From NCBI GenBank assembly GCA_048500095.1, contig JASNYQ010000001.1, positions 246,136 to 310,135 on the forward strand: a DNA stretch of 64,000 bases, in the 5' to 3' direction. Under the pieces are notes generated by a model. The model saw nothing but the letters and a program-made list of their open reading frames with translations. It ran no database searches and was not told the origin of the DNA. This document shows positions 53,531-63,414 of this stretch, piece after piece. This DNA is from Thermoanaerobaculia bacterium (lineage in GTDB: Bacteria; Acidobacteriota; Thermoanaerobaculia; Multivoradales; JAGPDF01). Position 1 is the stretch's first letter. Each line of letters starts with the position of its first letter. The position numbers were made by a program, and so were the translations under genes.

Positions 53531-54821
53531 TGTAGTTGTCCCGGGAGGTCGGGGTGCCGTCGTAGCGATACGCCGAGCGGCAGAAGCGCGCGTAGCGGTA
53601 CCAGTAGCCGCCCCGCAGGACGCGGTACGGGCCGCTGGCCGGTCCCGTCGGGTCCACCGCCGGTCCCGCCGGGTAGTCATCTTCGTACCAGTCCTGCACC
53701 CACTCGAGCAGGTTCCCGTGCATGTCGTACAGCCCGAACGGGTTCGCCCCCTTCGACCCCACCGGGTGGCTGTTCGCGTTGTAATTGCCGCACCACCACA
53801 TGTAGAGGTCGTGCGCTCCGCACGCCACGCAGTCGTCGTTACACTCCAGCACGTCCCCGTGCGAGAAGCGCGTCTGCGTCCCTCCCCGCGCCGCCCGCTC
53901 CCACTCCGCCTCCGTCGGCAACCGGAAGAGGGTCGTTCCGAGGTGGGTGTTCAAGAGATCGAGGAAGCCGCCCGGGCCCGCAACGTCGTCCCACGAAACG
54001 CAGTAGGCCGGGTAGTCCGGCCCAATGCCCCAGGGGACGCCACTGGTGCAGGTGTACGACCACGGCCCCATCAGGGCCTCCCACTGCGCCTGCGTCACCT
54101 CCGTCTTCCCCATCCAGTACGGCTGCGTGAGCATCACGTCGTGCAGGGTCTCGTTCGAGTTTCTCCCCCTCTCGCTCTCCGGCGAGCCCATCTGGAAGGT
54201 CCCGGCGGGGATGAGGACCAGGGTGAGCGGCACATCGCCCGGGAGGAGGATGGTCATCTCCTCGGCCGGCCCGGTGGACCAGCGACACCCGGAGCCCTGC
54301 TCGAAACCGTCGGCGAAGTAGCCCGGTGGGCCTGCATAGACGCCGTCGAGCCAGATCGAGGTCGAGTTGGAGGTGACTGCGGGCCCGATGCTGCACGACG
54401 CCATTCCCGCCGGGATCGCGTACTCCAGGCGGTGCCGGTTCCAGCTCTTCCGGCCGCCCAGCGCCTCGGCGAGCGGCACCAAGGGTGTCGGCGCTCCCGA
54501 ACAGTCGGGTACCGCGTAGCAGGCGACCGCCGAGGCTTCGGACCAGTCGCCCGGATTCGGGAAGCTCTTCGACGAGTACTCCACGAAGAACGGCTCGCCG
54601 GCCTGCACCGGCACGCACGGCGACTGGCTCAGGGAGCTTCCGGCCGCCTCCCCCGAACCCGACCGCGAGCACCCGTCGCGGTCGAAGGGACTCCAGCTGA
54701 GGGCCTGCGTCCACCCTGACGTGTCCACGTCGAACTCCGGGTTCACGATCCGGTTCTGGGCCTCCGCCCCGGCCAGCGGCAGCGAGGCGACGACGAGGCC
54801 GATCCTCAGCGCTTTGCGCAT
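53502..54821 (-). CDS. Formylglycine-generating-enzyme (FGE/SUMF1) family protein with a secreted Cys-rich N-terminal domain
   Basis: Signal peptide. C-terminal FGE-sulfatase domain blocks (RLPTEAEWERAARGG, HGNLLEWVQDWY, RVLRGGYW, YIGFRLAR). Confidence 0.8.
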   Translation of the reverse strand: MRKALRIGLVVASLPLAGAEAQNRIVNPEFDVDTSGWTQALSWSPFDRDGCSRSGSGEAAGSSLSQSPCVPVQAGEPFFVEYSSKSFPNPGDWSEASAVACYAVPDCSGAPTPLVPLAEALGGRKSWNRHRLEYAIPAGMASCSIGPAVTSNSTSIWLDGVYAGPPGYFADGFEQGSGCRWSTGPAEEMTILLPGDVPLTLVLIPAGTFQMGSPESERGRNSNETLHDVMLTQPYWMGKTEVTQAQWEALMGPWSYTCTSGVPWGIGPDYPAYCVSWDDVAGPGGFLDLLNTHLGTTLFRLPTEAEWERAARGGTQTRFSHGDVLECNDDCVACGAHDLYMWWCGNYNANSHPVGSKGANPFGLYDMHGNLLEWVQDWYEDDYPAGPAVDPTGPASGPYRVLRGGYWYRYARFCRSAYRYDGTPTSRDNYIGFRLARSQ

Positions 54822-55099
54822 CGTTCCCCTCCCGAGACCCCCTCGGAGGCGTCAGTCCGACAATTCGGATTGTACGACTCCTATCCACTCCGAGCGAGAC
54901 CACCCGGTCCCCGGTGCATCAGGAACCGCGGCGGTCTCTCCATGGCTTCCGTTCGAGGCCGGGAGCGGCAGCGCCCCGCGCAGCGCGGAACCCGGCGCCG
55001 CACCCCGCTGAGACCGGCAGCGCTCGCCGGATCGCCCTCGGGAGGTGCGGGCCCGGGACCCGCGAGGCCGGCGGCAGCCCCGGGAGAGACGCCGACCCC

Positions 55100-57523
55100 T
55101 TACGGCAGCCGCAGGACGAGGAGGGTGAGGTCGTCCTCGCGGGGGGCGTCGCCGATGTGGGCGGCGAGGTCGGCGAGGAGGCCGTCGCGGGCGGCGGGGG
55201 CGGAGCGGCCGGCCTGGCGCGCGAGGCTCTGCTCGAAACGCTCGAAGCCGTAGAGGTCGTCGCTGCCGTCGGGGCGGGCCTCGACCACGCCGTCGCTGAA
55301 GAGCACGACGAGGTCGCCGCGCTCGAGGCGAGCCAGGCGCGAACGGACCTCGATCTCGGCGCGCACGCCGAGCGGGTAGGAGATCGACTCGAACGCCTCC
55401 ACCCGGCCGTCGCCGCCCACGCGGTACGGGAAGAGATGGCCGGCGCTGGCGAACTGGAGCTCGCGGCGGACGGGGTCGAGCAACGCGTAACAGAGGGTCG
55501 CGAGCAGCCGCTTGCGGGCGCTCTGGAAGACCATCCGGTTCAGCGTGAGGAAGACTGCCTCGACCCGCGGGTCGAAGGTGACCTGGACGGCGAGCGCCGA
55601 CTTCGCCATCGACATCACGAGGCCGCTCGAGACGCCGTGGCCGGCGACGTCCCCCACCGCCACCGCGAGCCGCCCGTCCTCGAGCGCCAGCGCGTCGTAG
55701 AAGTCGCCGCCCACCTCGGTCGCCGGGCGGTAGGCGTGGGCGATCTCCACGCCGCAGAGGGCCGGCGGCAGCTCGGGGAGGATCGAGGACTGGATGTTCC
55801 GGGCCGTCTCGAGCTCGACCCGCTGCCGCTCGCGCTCCGCGATCCGCCGCACGTGTGGCGGCACGTCGTCCCAGCGGTAGACGTACTCCTCGTTCGAGAG
55901 CAGGTGGCGCAGGCCCAGCAGCAGGGGGAGGCCGCAGGTCAGCAGCGCGAGCGCCCCCTGCAGCTCCAGGGCCGGGTGCCCGGAGCGCACCAGCGGCAGA
56001 GCGGCGAGCGCGACGCGCGCCGTGTAGCTCGCCACCAGCGTCGAGAGCAGGTCGGTGCGCAGGAAGACCGCCACCAGCACGCCCGACCAGAGGAGCCAGA
56101 AAGGCACCGACCAGGCGAACGGCAGCAGCGCCACCGGCGGGAAGAAGATCACGGCCGTGACGGCGACGGTCACCGCCGCCGCGCCGAGCCGGCCCAGGCG
56201 AGGGGTGAGCGTCGAGAGCAGGAAGAGCCGCCCGAAGAGCTCGAAGAAGAGGGTGAACGGGATCGCGAAGAGGATCAGAGCCACCCCGGCCCAGCGCGCG
56301 TCGTCCCACCAGGGGCCGACCTGGAACGCCCCCGGGGCGGTGATGCCGTGGCGCTGCAGCGGGAACTGGAGCAGCAGCGTGGCGGCCGCGAGGAGCAGGC
56401 CGATGGCGAGGCCGCGCAGGCCCGCGCGCGGCACCGTGGCGTTCTCCCACCGGCGCTGCCAGAGAGCGTCGAAGGCGGCGAGCTTCGCCCCCCAGCGCTC
56501 GCGGCAGAACGACTCCCCCACCGCCCAGCTCACCGCGGTGGTGAGCGCCAGCGGCAGGAAGAAGACGAGGACCAGCTGCACCCCCCAGAACCAGGTCACC
56601 TGCTCGCGGCTCAGCGCCCCGAACATGAAGCCCTGGGTCGACGGCCGCGCCGTCGCGAGCACCAGCAGCAGGCTCGCCGCCAGCGATGCGACGAAGATCT
56701 GGAGCGCCCGTCCCACCCCCACCTCGCCGGCGTGGTAGCGGCGCACGAAGATGGCGCCGGCGAGCGGCACGATGAGGAAGATCGCGAAGACGTTCAGGTT
56801 GCCGAGCAGGGTCGGGAGGCGCATCTCCTCTTCCCGCACGGCGCGCTGTGGGTCCTCGATCCAGGGGGAGAAGCCGGCGAGCCGGTCGCCCGCGAACGCC
56901 ACCTCGACGCCGTAGCGGACCCCCTCGCCGAGCAGCCGCTCGCGCAGGGGGAGGCGCACCGCGGTGTCGGTGCGGGAGGCGAGCTGCTCGACCCGCACCT
57001 CCGGCTCGTCGAAGAGCGCGAGGTCGAAGCCCTGTGCACCGAGGAACTCGGCGGCCCGGCGCCGGGCCTCGTCGCGCTCGAGGCCGGTCCCCGGGTCCTC
57101 GCGCGCCAGCCGGAGCCGCAGCTCGTAGACCTCGCCGTCCCCTCCCACCCGCGCGCGGTACGACCACTGGTCCGGCGCCCGGCCGGGGGCGTAGACGACC
57201 ACCTCCCAGGAGAGGACCTGGCGGCCGAGCCAGCCGCGCCCCCCGCGCGCCGCCCCGCTCGCCTCGCCGGCGAGGGCGAGGCGCCGCTCCATCATCGGGT
57301 CGTCGTCGAGGCGGCTCACCACGTACGGGTCGGAAGGGAGGGTGCCGAGATCGCGAAGCCGCTCGAGGGCGATCTCGGTGGCCTCCTCCCGGCTCACCTC
57401 CCAGCGCTCGGGCAGGAACGGGTAGGCGCGCGGGAACGCCCACGGCAGCAGGAGCGCACCGGCCGCGGCGGCGGTCAGCCAGAAGAGGGTCCAGGCCGCA
57501 CGGCGGCGCTCGGGCAGATTCAT
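55100..57523 (-). CDS. Large polytopic-membrane PP2C-family (SpoIIE-like) serine phosphatase
   Basis: Periplasmic N-domain, ~8-10 TM, C-terminal PP2C (ARNIQSSILP...ATEVGGDFYD...VGDVAGHGVSSGLVMS...VLFSDGV). Confidence 0.75.
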   Translation of the reverse strand: MNLPERRRAAWTLFWLTAAAAGALLLPWAFPRAYPFLPERWEVSREEATEIALERLRDLGTLPSDPYVVSRLDDDPMMERRLALAGEASGAARGGRGWLGRQVLSWEVVVYAPGRAPDQWSYRARVGGDGEVYELRLRLAREDPGTGLERDEARRRAAEFLGAQGFDLALFDEPEVRVEQLASRTDTAVRLPLRERLLGEGVRYGVEVAFAGDRLAGFSPWIEDPQRAVREEEMRLPTLLGNLNVFAIFLIVPLAGAIFVRRYHAGEVGVGRALQIFVASLAASLLLVLATARPSTQGFMFGALSREQVTWFWGVQLVLVFFLPLALTTAVSWAVGESFCRERWGAKLAAFDALWQRRWENATVPRAGLRGLAIGLLLAAATLLLQFPLQRHGITAPGAFQVGPWWDDARWAGVALILFAIPFTLFFELFGRLFLLSTLTPRLGRLGAAAVTVAVTAVIFFPPVALLPFAWSVPFWLLWSGVLVAVFLRTDLLSTLVASYTARVALAALPLVRSGHPALELQGALALLTCGLPLLLGLRHLLSNEEYVYRWDDVPPHVRRIAERERQRVELETARNIQSSILPELPPALCGVEIAHAYRPATEVGGDFYDALALEDGRLAVAVGDVAGHGVSSGLVMSMAKSALAVQVTFDPRVEAVFLTLNRMVFQSARKRLLATLCYALLDPVRRELQFASAGHLFPYRVGGDGRVEAFESISYPLGVRAEIEVRSRLARLERGDLVVLFSDGVVEARPDGSDDLYGFERFEQSLARQAGRSAPAARDGLLADLAAHIGDAPREDDLTLLVLRLP

Positions 57524-57626
57524 GTCTCTTCCTACGCAGCGCCCGGTCCCGGGGTTCTCGGGAGCGCTCACGAGGGGCTCGGGAAACGGGCGGACCGAAA
57601 GCTAGCACGCCGCCCGCCGGGGGCGT

Positions 57627-57642
57627 GCTACATTCGCCGGCC
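57627..57642 (+). promoter_or_regulatory. GCTACATT-CGCCGGCC element directly upstream of the cdd ATG (leaderless arrangement)
   Basis: No SD. -10-like hexamer 8 nt before the ATG. Confidence 0.4.
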
Positions 57643-58035
57643 ATGGACTGGGAGCCTCTCGTCGCCGCCGCTCTCGCCGTGCGCGAGCGGGCGTACGCGC
57701 CGTTCAGCCGCTTCGCGGTGGGCGCCGCCCTCGCGACGTCCGGAGGCGGCATCGTCGCCGGCTGCAACGTCGAGAACCGCAGCTACGGGCTCTCGATCTG
57801 CGCCGAGCGCAACGCGCTCGCCGCCGCCGTGGCCCAGGGCGAGCGCCGGTTCGTCGCACTGGCGGTCGCGACCGCGAGCTCGCCCCCGGCCCCGCCCTGC
57901 GGCCCCTGCCGCGAGGCGCTCGCCGAGTTCTGCGACGACCTGCCGATCCTGCTCGTCAACACCGCGGGTGAGCGCCGCCTGACCTCGCTCGCGGCCCTCT
58001 TCCCGGACCGCTTCGCCTTCGCGCCGCCCGGCTGA
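57643..58035 (+). CDS. cdd: Cytidine deaminase
   Basis: CAERNA...PCGPCRE zinc-binding motifs. 130 aa. Confidence 0.8.
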   Translation: MDWEPLVAAALAVRERAYAPFSRFAVGAALATSGGGIVAGCNVENRSYGLSICAERNALAAAVAQGERRFVALAVATASSPPAPPCGPCREALAEFCDDLPILLVNTAGERRLTSLAALFPDRFAFAPPG

Positions 58036-58048
58036 CGGGGCGGGCCCC

Positions 58049-60094
58049 TCAGCCGCCGGCCGCCGGTCCGGAGGCGGGCTCCAGGCGGCGGAAGAAGAAG
58101 CCCACCCGCCCCGTCGCCTCGTCGGGGCAGGTGCGCACGCCGAGCTCGGTCTCGCCGGCCGGCAGCTCGACCACCGCTCCCTGCCCGAGCACGGCGCCCA
58201 GCCCCTGGCCGAGGGCGATCAGCGGCCGTCCGTCCACCTCGAGTCGCGTCGGACCATACGGCGCGATCTCGCCTCGCCAGGGAGACGCGGAACGCTCCCG
58301 GCGCGAGAAGTGGAGGCAGCCCCCTCCGAGCCGAGCCCCGTCGACGAAGGCCTCGAGGCGCCGCGCCTCCTCCTCGTCCGACCGCGGGTACGGACGCGGC
58401 GCGACGCCGGCCCCGGCCGGGCCGTCGGGCCGGACGGTCCAGTCGACCAGGAACATGCCGGCCGGCGGCGGCTCGACGCGGTAGAGGAGGTTGTAGCCGG
58501 CGTAGACCTCGACGAGCCGCGGATCCCCCGCCGCCCGCGCCCGCAGCCGCGCGGGGGCTGCGAAGCGGGAGAACGCGAGGTGGTCGCTGTCGAGGCCGGC
58601 TCCGACCGCGAGCGCGAGATCCGGCTCGTCGCCCCGGAAGAGCGCCCGCTCGAGGGCGGCCTCGCGCGGATGCGGGAACGCCATCAGCACCGGATCGAGG
58701 AAATTGAGGTAGCTCGCCTGGGGGGCGAAGAAGAAGTAGGCCTGCGCCTGCCCCCACGGCGCCGCCACCCGCGCTGCCGCGGGAACGGCGTCGCCGAACG
58801 CCCGCCACTCCGCCTCGCGCGACGGTCCCGGAGCGGAGCGGTCGAGGTAGAAGCGGCCCATGCCGATCGCCCCCGGCAGGGCCACGAGCCCGCAGAGACC
58901 GAGAGCCGCGCCGACCGGGAGACGGCGTCCGCGCAGCGGCAGCAAGCGGGCGGCGAGGCCGCGCGGTCCGAGCGCGGCGAGCGCCGCCAGTCCCGCCAGG
59001 GGGAAGAAGTAGAGGCCGAAGCGCCACATCTCGACGTAGAGCGCGCCGAAGGCGATGGCTCCCACGAGGAGCGTGTCGCGCGCCAGGGCCCGGTCGGGCG
59101 CGGCCGGACCGCCGCCGCGGCGCGCGAGGAGAGCGAGGAGCGCGACCGCCAGCGCCAGCCAGAAGCCGAGGTTCCGCTCGGCGACCGCCGCCAGCGTGGC
59201 GGGGCGCAGCTCCGCGCCGCCGGCCCCGATGGACTCCACGAAGTCGAACAGGTAGACGTTCTGGACCGCCCAGACTTCGAGATTTCGCGGGAACGCCGGG
59301 TGCACCAGCAGGCCCACTGCCGTCCCGAGCACGGCGTAGAGGCCGAGCGCCCACGGGAAGCGCCGCCGGTGGAGCCAGCGCACCGCGCACCAGGCGCAGG
59401 CGAGCCCCAGGAACGCCTGGAAGGCGGTGTAGCTCGCGGCGAAGAGCGCCGCCCAGAGGCCGACCCGACGGTCCTCGCCGCGCCAGACCGAGCGCGCCGC
59501 GAGGAGGATCCAGAGCAGGGCGAGCAGCTCCGGCCGCAGGCGGAGGAGCCGGTCGGAGAGGTCGAGGGCCGCGACCGCCAGGAAGGCCGGGAAGAGCAGG
59601 GCCCAGGGGCCCGCCAGCTCGGCGGCCGAGAGGGCGGTCACGCCGGCGAGGGCCGCGACCAGGAGCGCCAGCGCCAGGCGCCCCCCCGCGGTCGAGCGGT
59701 CCTCCCCCGCGAACGGGGCGAGCAGCAGGTGGAAGAGCGGCTCCTTGTCCGGGAAGCCGTCGCGGAGCAGGCTGAAGCGCGCCGCGGCGAGCTCCCCGGG
59801 GAAGCCCTCGTCCGCCACCAGCCGCGCCACCGCCAGGTGGTAGTAGGAGTCGGTGTCGACCAGCACCGGCACCGCGCGCGCGAAGAGCCAGCCGAGCAGC
59901 AGCGCGAGCGCGAACGCGGCGGCCGCGCCGAGGAGGGCCCGGCGCGCGCCGACCGCCGGGAAGGGACCGGCGGCATCGGGCCGCTCCTCCGGGCCCGCTG
60001 TCGCCGGTCCTCCACCGGTCAAGGCTGCCCTTCGCCCGGCATCGGCACGACGCGCAGCTGTTCGCCCCGCTCGCGCGCGATGCGGCGGTACCAC
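58049..60094 (-). CDS. Hypothetical large polytopic membrane protein (possibly glycosyltransferase-like). The 5' end overlaps the C69 gene, so the true start is probably internal.
   Basis: Many TM helices, then a soluble C-terminal domain. No confident family. Confidence 0.4.
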   Translation of the reverse strand: MVPPHRARAGRTAARRADAGRRAALTGGGPATAGPEERPDAAGPFPAVGARRALLGAAAAFALALLLGWLFARAVPVLVDTDSYYHLAVARLVADEGFPGELAAARFSLLRDGFPDKEPLFHLLLAPFAGEDRSTAGGRLALALLVAALAGVTALSAAELAGPWALLFPAFLAVAALDLSDRLLRLRPELLALLWILLAARSVWRGEDRRVGLWAALFAASYTAFQAFLGLACAWCAVRWLHRRRFPWALGLYAVLGTAVGLLVHPAFPRNLEVWAVQNVYLFDFVESIGAGGAELRPATLAAVAERNLGFWLALAVALLALLARRGGGPAAPDRALARDTLLVGAIAFGALYVEMWRFGLYFFPLAGLAALAALGPRGLAARLLPLRGRRLPVGAALGLCGLVALPGAIGMGRFYLDRSAPGPSREAEWRAFGDAVPAAARVAAPWGQAQAYFFFAPQASYLNFLDPVLMAFPHPREAALERALFRGDEPDLALAVGAGLDSDHLAFSRFAAPARLRARAAGDPRLVEVYAGYNLLYRVEPPPAGMFLVDWTVRPDGPAGAGVAPRPYPRSDEEEARRLEAFVDGARLGGGCLHFSRRERSASPWRGEIAPYGPTRLEVDGRPLIALGQGLGAVLGQGAVVELPAGETELGVRTCPDEATGRVGFFFRRLEPASGPAAGG

Positions 60095-61659
60095 TCGTCC
60101 GGATACCGCGGGTGCTTCGGCCGGCCGTACTCGTCCTTCACGTTGCCGTCCATGTACTTGACGAGGAGCTGCTCGCCGAGCCGCCGCCAGCGGGCGGTGA
60201 CCCGGTCGCCCGCCTCCACCGAGTACGAAGTGAGGTAGTCACGCGCCAGCTCCGGGGCCTGGCGGTGGAGCGCCATCGCCTTCTCCTCCACGGCGGGCTG
60301 GTCGGCGAAGAACTGCCCCTCGAGCTCCCGCTGCAGAGAGCGGATCTCGACGATCATGTCCGAGTAGCGCGAGTAGGCGTAGTTGGCGACCCAGTTGAAG
60401 ACCCAGAACGCGGAATCCCAGGAGAACTCGCTCATCGACGCCACGCCCTCGGCGAAGGTCTTCGGCACCGAGCGGATGCCGGCGTACATCGGCACGTAGA
60501 CCGTCGAGTAGGTGTCGTCGAGGCCGAACCAGAGGATGCCGCCGATCGGATCGGGGAGCCAGTCGCGCGACTGCGAGACGAGCGAGAAGCCGGTCTGCTG
60601 GGTCGAGATCGCCCGCTCGTGGAGGTAGGTCTCGCCGTCCACCTCCCAGGTCATCGGCCGCCAGCGGTAGGGGCAGGCGTACGGGCCGGCGCCGACGTCC
60701 TGCGTCATGTCGAGCGGCGTCCCCTCGTAGTGGTCGCGCATCAGCTCCATGACGTCGGCCACCGCGAGCTTCCGGTCGGGCTTCACCCAGAGCGGCAGGC
60801 GCGCCTCCGGATGGCGGCCGTCGGCCATCTCGAGCGGCAGGTCGAGCGACGGCGCGGCGCGGCGGAAGACGCTCCAGACGCGCGCCTCGCAGAAGCGGAC
60901 GCCGCCGAAGTCGAGCGGCGCGTAGACGTCGGCGAAGGAGAACTCCGCGTCGGGTCCGTCGAACCAGCCCATCTCGCGGGCGAAGGAGACGACGTCGGGC
61001 GAGTAGAGAGTGTCCGGGTCCTTCAGCGGGAAGGTGCGGATCCGCGGATGGTTGGCGTGCGCGGAGATCGTGCCGTCGGGCAGGCGCCGCGCCACCCAGA
61101 CCGCCCCCTTGCGCTCCTTGCCCTTGCCGATCATCTCGAGGATCCACGCCTCCTTCGCGTCGGCGATCGAGAAGCTCTCGCCGCTGGAGGCGTAGCCGAA
61201 CTCCTCCACCAGGCCCGTCATGACCTGGATCGCCTCGCGCGCGGTCTTCGCGCGCTCCAGCGCGATGTAGATGAGCGAGCCGTAGTCGAGGATCCCGGCC
61301 GGCCCCTCGAGCTCCTCGCGGCCGCCGAAGGTGGTCTCGGAGATCGCCACCTGGTGCTCGTTCATGTTGCCGATCCGGGTGTAGGTCACGGCCGGCTGCG
61401 GAATGCGGCCCAGGTGCTTGCCGGTGTCCCACTCGACGATCTCGCGCATCGCGCCGGGTCCGAATCGCTTTCCGGAGAGGAAGTAGAGCTCGCCGTAGAG
61501 GTCGTGCGAGTCGGCGGCGTAGGTGATCATCGTCGAGCCGTCGGCGCTCGCCCCCTTGGCCACCAGGATGCTGGTGCAGGCGTCGGCGGGCGCGGCCGGC
61601 AGGAGGAGGGCGGCGAGGAGAGCGGCGGCGAGGGCGGTTCGGGTCCAGGTCGTCGGCAT
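60019..61659 (-). CDS. C69-family dipeptidase (N-terminal nucleophile Cys), secreted
   Basis: Signal peptide followed by ADACTSILVAKGAS (Cys1 Ntn motif of C69). Confidence 0.75.
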   Translation of the reverse strand: MPTTWTRTALAAALLAALLLPAAPADACTSILVAKGASADGSTMITYAADSHDLYGELYFLSGKRFGPGAMREIVEWDTGKHLGRIPQPAVTYTRIGNMNEHQVAISETTFGGREELEGPAGILDYGSLIYIALERAKTAREAIQVMTGLVEEFGYASSGESFSIADAKEAWILEMIGKGKERKGAVWVARRLPDGTISAHANHPRIRTFPLKDPDTLYSPDVVSFAREMGWFDGPDAEFSFADVYAPLDFGGVRFCEARVWSVFRRAAPSLDLPLEMADGRHPEARLPLWVKPDRKLAVADVMELMRDHYEGTPLDMTQDVGAGPYACPYRWRPMTWEVDGETYLHERAISTQQTGFSLVSQSRDWLPDPIGGILWFGLDDTYSTVYVPMYAGIRSVPKTFAEGVASMSEFSWDSAFWVFNWVANYAYSRYSDMIVEIRSLQRELEGQFFADQPAVEEKAMALHRQAPELARDYLTSYSVEAGDRVTARWRRLGEQLLVKYMDGNVKDEYGRPKHPRYPDEWYRRIARERGEQLRVVPMPGEGQP

Positions 61660-61706
61660 GATCTGCTCCAGGGTCGAGGGGAGAGGCATCGGCATCGCGG
61701 CGGATG

Positions 61707-62405
61707 CTACCAGCCGCGCGGGATCCGCCCGCCACCCGGGGAGGCAGGCAGGGCGAGGAGAGCGGCCAACTCGCCGACCGACCCCGCCACCGCGTCGGCC
61801 GAGGCCAGCTCCTCCTCCGTGAGCCGCCCGTAGCCCCAGGTCACGGCCACCGCCGGGGCCCCGGCGCCCCGGGCCGTGGCGAGGTCGACCCGGCTGTCGC
61901 CGACCAGGGGGAGCGCGGCCGCCGGCACGCGCAGCCGGCCGGCAAGGAGCAGCAGCGCCGCCGGATCGGGCTTGCGGACCGGCAGGCTGTCGCCGCCGAC
62001 GAGGGCGCGGAAACGGCCGGCGAGGCCGAGGCCCGCCAGCACCTTGGCGGCCAGGCGCTCGGGCTTGTTCGTGAGGACCGCGAGCGGCCAGCGACCGGCG
62101 GCCGCCGCCAGGAGATCCTCGACGCCCGGGTAGGGTCGGGTCGTCTCGAGGCAGCGGCGGTCGTACTCGACGAGGAAGGCGGCGAGCGCCTCGGCGGTCT
62201 CTCGCTCGCCGAGCTCCGGGAAGGCGCGCTGCACCAGCGCCGCGACCCCGTCGCCCACCATCCCCTCCACCGCCTCCAAATCGTGCGGCGCGAGCCCCCG
62301 CCCGGTGCGCACTTCGTTGATCGCGCGGGCGAGGTCGCGCCGCGAGTCGACCAGCGTGCCGTCGAGGTCGAAGGCGAGGGCGGCGAACGGCGCGAGGGGG
62401 CGCAT
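61707..62405 (-). CDS. HAD-superfamily hydrolase (phosphoglycolate-phosphatase-like)
   Basis: AFDLDGTLVDS motif I, LAVLTNKP, VGDSRVDLATARGAG motif IV. Confidence 0.75.
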   Translation of the reverse strand: MRPLAPFAALAFDLDGTLVDSRRDLARAINEVRTGRGLAPHDLEAVEGMVGDGVAALVQRAFPELGERETAEALAAFLVEYDRRCLETTRPYPGVEDLLAAAAGRWPLAVLTNKPERLAAKVLAGLGLAGRFRALVGGDSLPVRKPDPAALLLLAGRLRVPAAALPLVGDSRVDLATARGAGAPAVAVTWGYGRLTEEELASADAVAGSVGELAALLALPASPGGGRIPRGW

Positions 62406-62445
62406 CACCGTCCCGCCGCGACCGCGGGCACCGCCACGGTCCGCC

Positions 62446-63288
62446 TCACCGCTGGTCCACGAACTCCGCCGCGACCGCACGCGGGATGATCCCCGCCGCG
62501 TGACCCCGGTCGAGGAGCTCCTGCACGGCGCGCCGTCCGGCGTCGCCGTAGCTCCGGGTCCAGTCGTTGACGTACATGCCCACGAAGCGGTCGGAGCGCT
62601 CGGGGTCGGCCGCGATCTCGCGCGCGAAGCGCACCGCGTAGGCGAGCGCCTCCTCGCGGTGGGCGAGCGCGTACTCGATGCTCGCGGACAGCAGCCGGCA
62701 GAGCCGGAGCTTCAGCGCCTCGTCGAGGTCACGGCGGATCCCGTTGCCGCCGAGCGGCAGCGGCCCCCCGGTCTCCCGCCGCCACCAGGCGCCGAGGTCG
62801 AAGCCGTGGAGGCCGAGGTCGCCGAAGGTGAGCTGCCCCTCGTGGATCACCACCCCGGCCGCGAGCTCGCCGGAAGCGACCGCGTCGAGGATGGCGTCGA
62901 ACGGCCGCACGACCGTCTCCACGCCGGGCTGCCAGAGCCGCAGGGCGAGCGCCGCGGTGGTGAGCGCGCCCGGGATCGCCACGCGGACGCCCGCCAGCCC
63001 CTCCCGCTCCGGCGGCGTGCGCGCCACCACCACCGGTCCGTAGCCGTCTCCGAAGCTCGCACCCGAGGGCATCAGCTGATAGCGGTCGGCGAGGTGCGCG
63101 TAGGCGTGGAAGGAGAGCGCGGTCACCTCGTAGGTGCCGGCGAACGCCGCCTGGTTCAGCGTCTCGATGTCGGTGAGGCGGTGCTCGATCTCGAGCCCCG
63201 AGGTGTCGAGGCGCCCCTGGGTGAGGGCGTAGAACATGAAGGCGTCGTCGGAGTCGGGGCTGTGGGCGATGCGGACGAGGTGGCTCAT
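62446..63288 (-). CDS. MqnA/MqnD-family protein (futalosine-pathway menaquinone biosynthesis; MqnD-like)
   Basis: VRIAHSPDSDDAFMFYAL N-terminal block resembles the MqnD/MqnA periplasmic-binding-like fold. -10-like TAGCCT 9 nt upstream of the ATG. Confidence 0.6.
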   Translation of the reverse strand: MSHLVRIAHSPDSDDAFMFYALTQGRLDTSGLEIEHRLTDIETLNQAAFAGTYEVTALSFHAYAHLADRYQLMPSGASFGDGYGPVVVARTPPEREGLAGVRVAIPGALTTAALALRLWQPGVETVVRPFDAILDAVASGELAAGVVIHEGQLTFGDLGLHGFDLGAWWRRETGGPLPLGGNGIRRDLDEALKLRLCRLLSASIEYALAHREEALAYAVRFAREIAADPERSDRFVGMYVNDWTRSYGDAGRRAVQELLDRGHAAGIIPRAVAAEFVDQR

Positions 63289-63414
63289 GGCCCCGGGAGG
63301 CTATCAGAGGGCCTCCGCTGTGACCTCCCAACTTGCGGCCCGGGGCCGTTTTCTCTACGCTTCGCGAAACCGGCGGGCATCGGCCCCCCGGGTGCCGACA
63401 GGAGGATCTCCACC

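Noticed and set aside
63291-63330. Palindrome GGGAGGC-tatcagagg-GCCTCC and the CTGTGACCTCCCAA similarity to the 35-nt repeat, upstream of the mqnD-like gene
   Set aside because: The short 6-bp stem and a 14-nt partial match could be chance in GC-biased sequence. Mentioned only as a possible third repeat copy.
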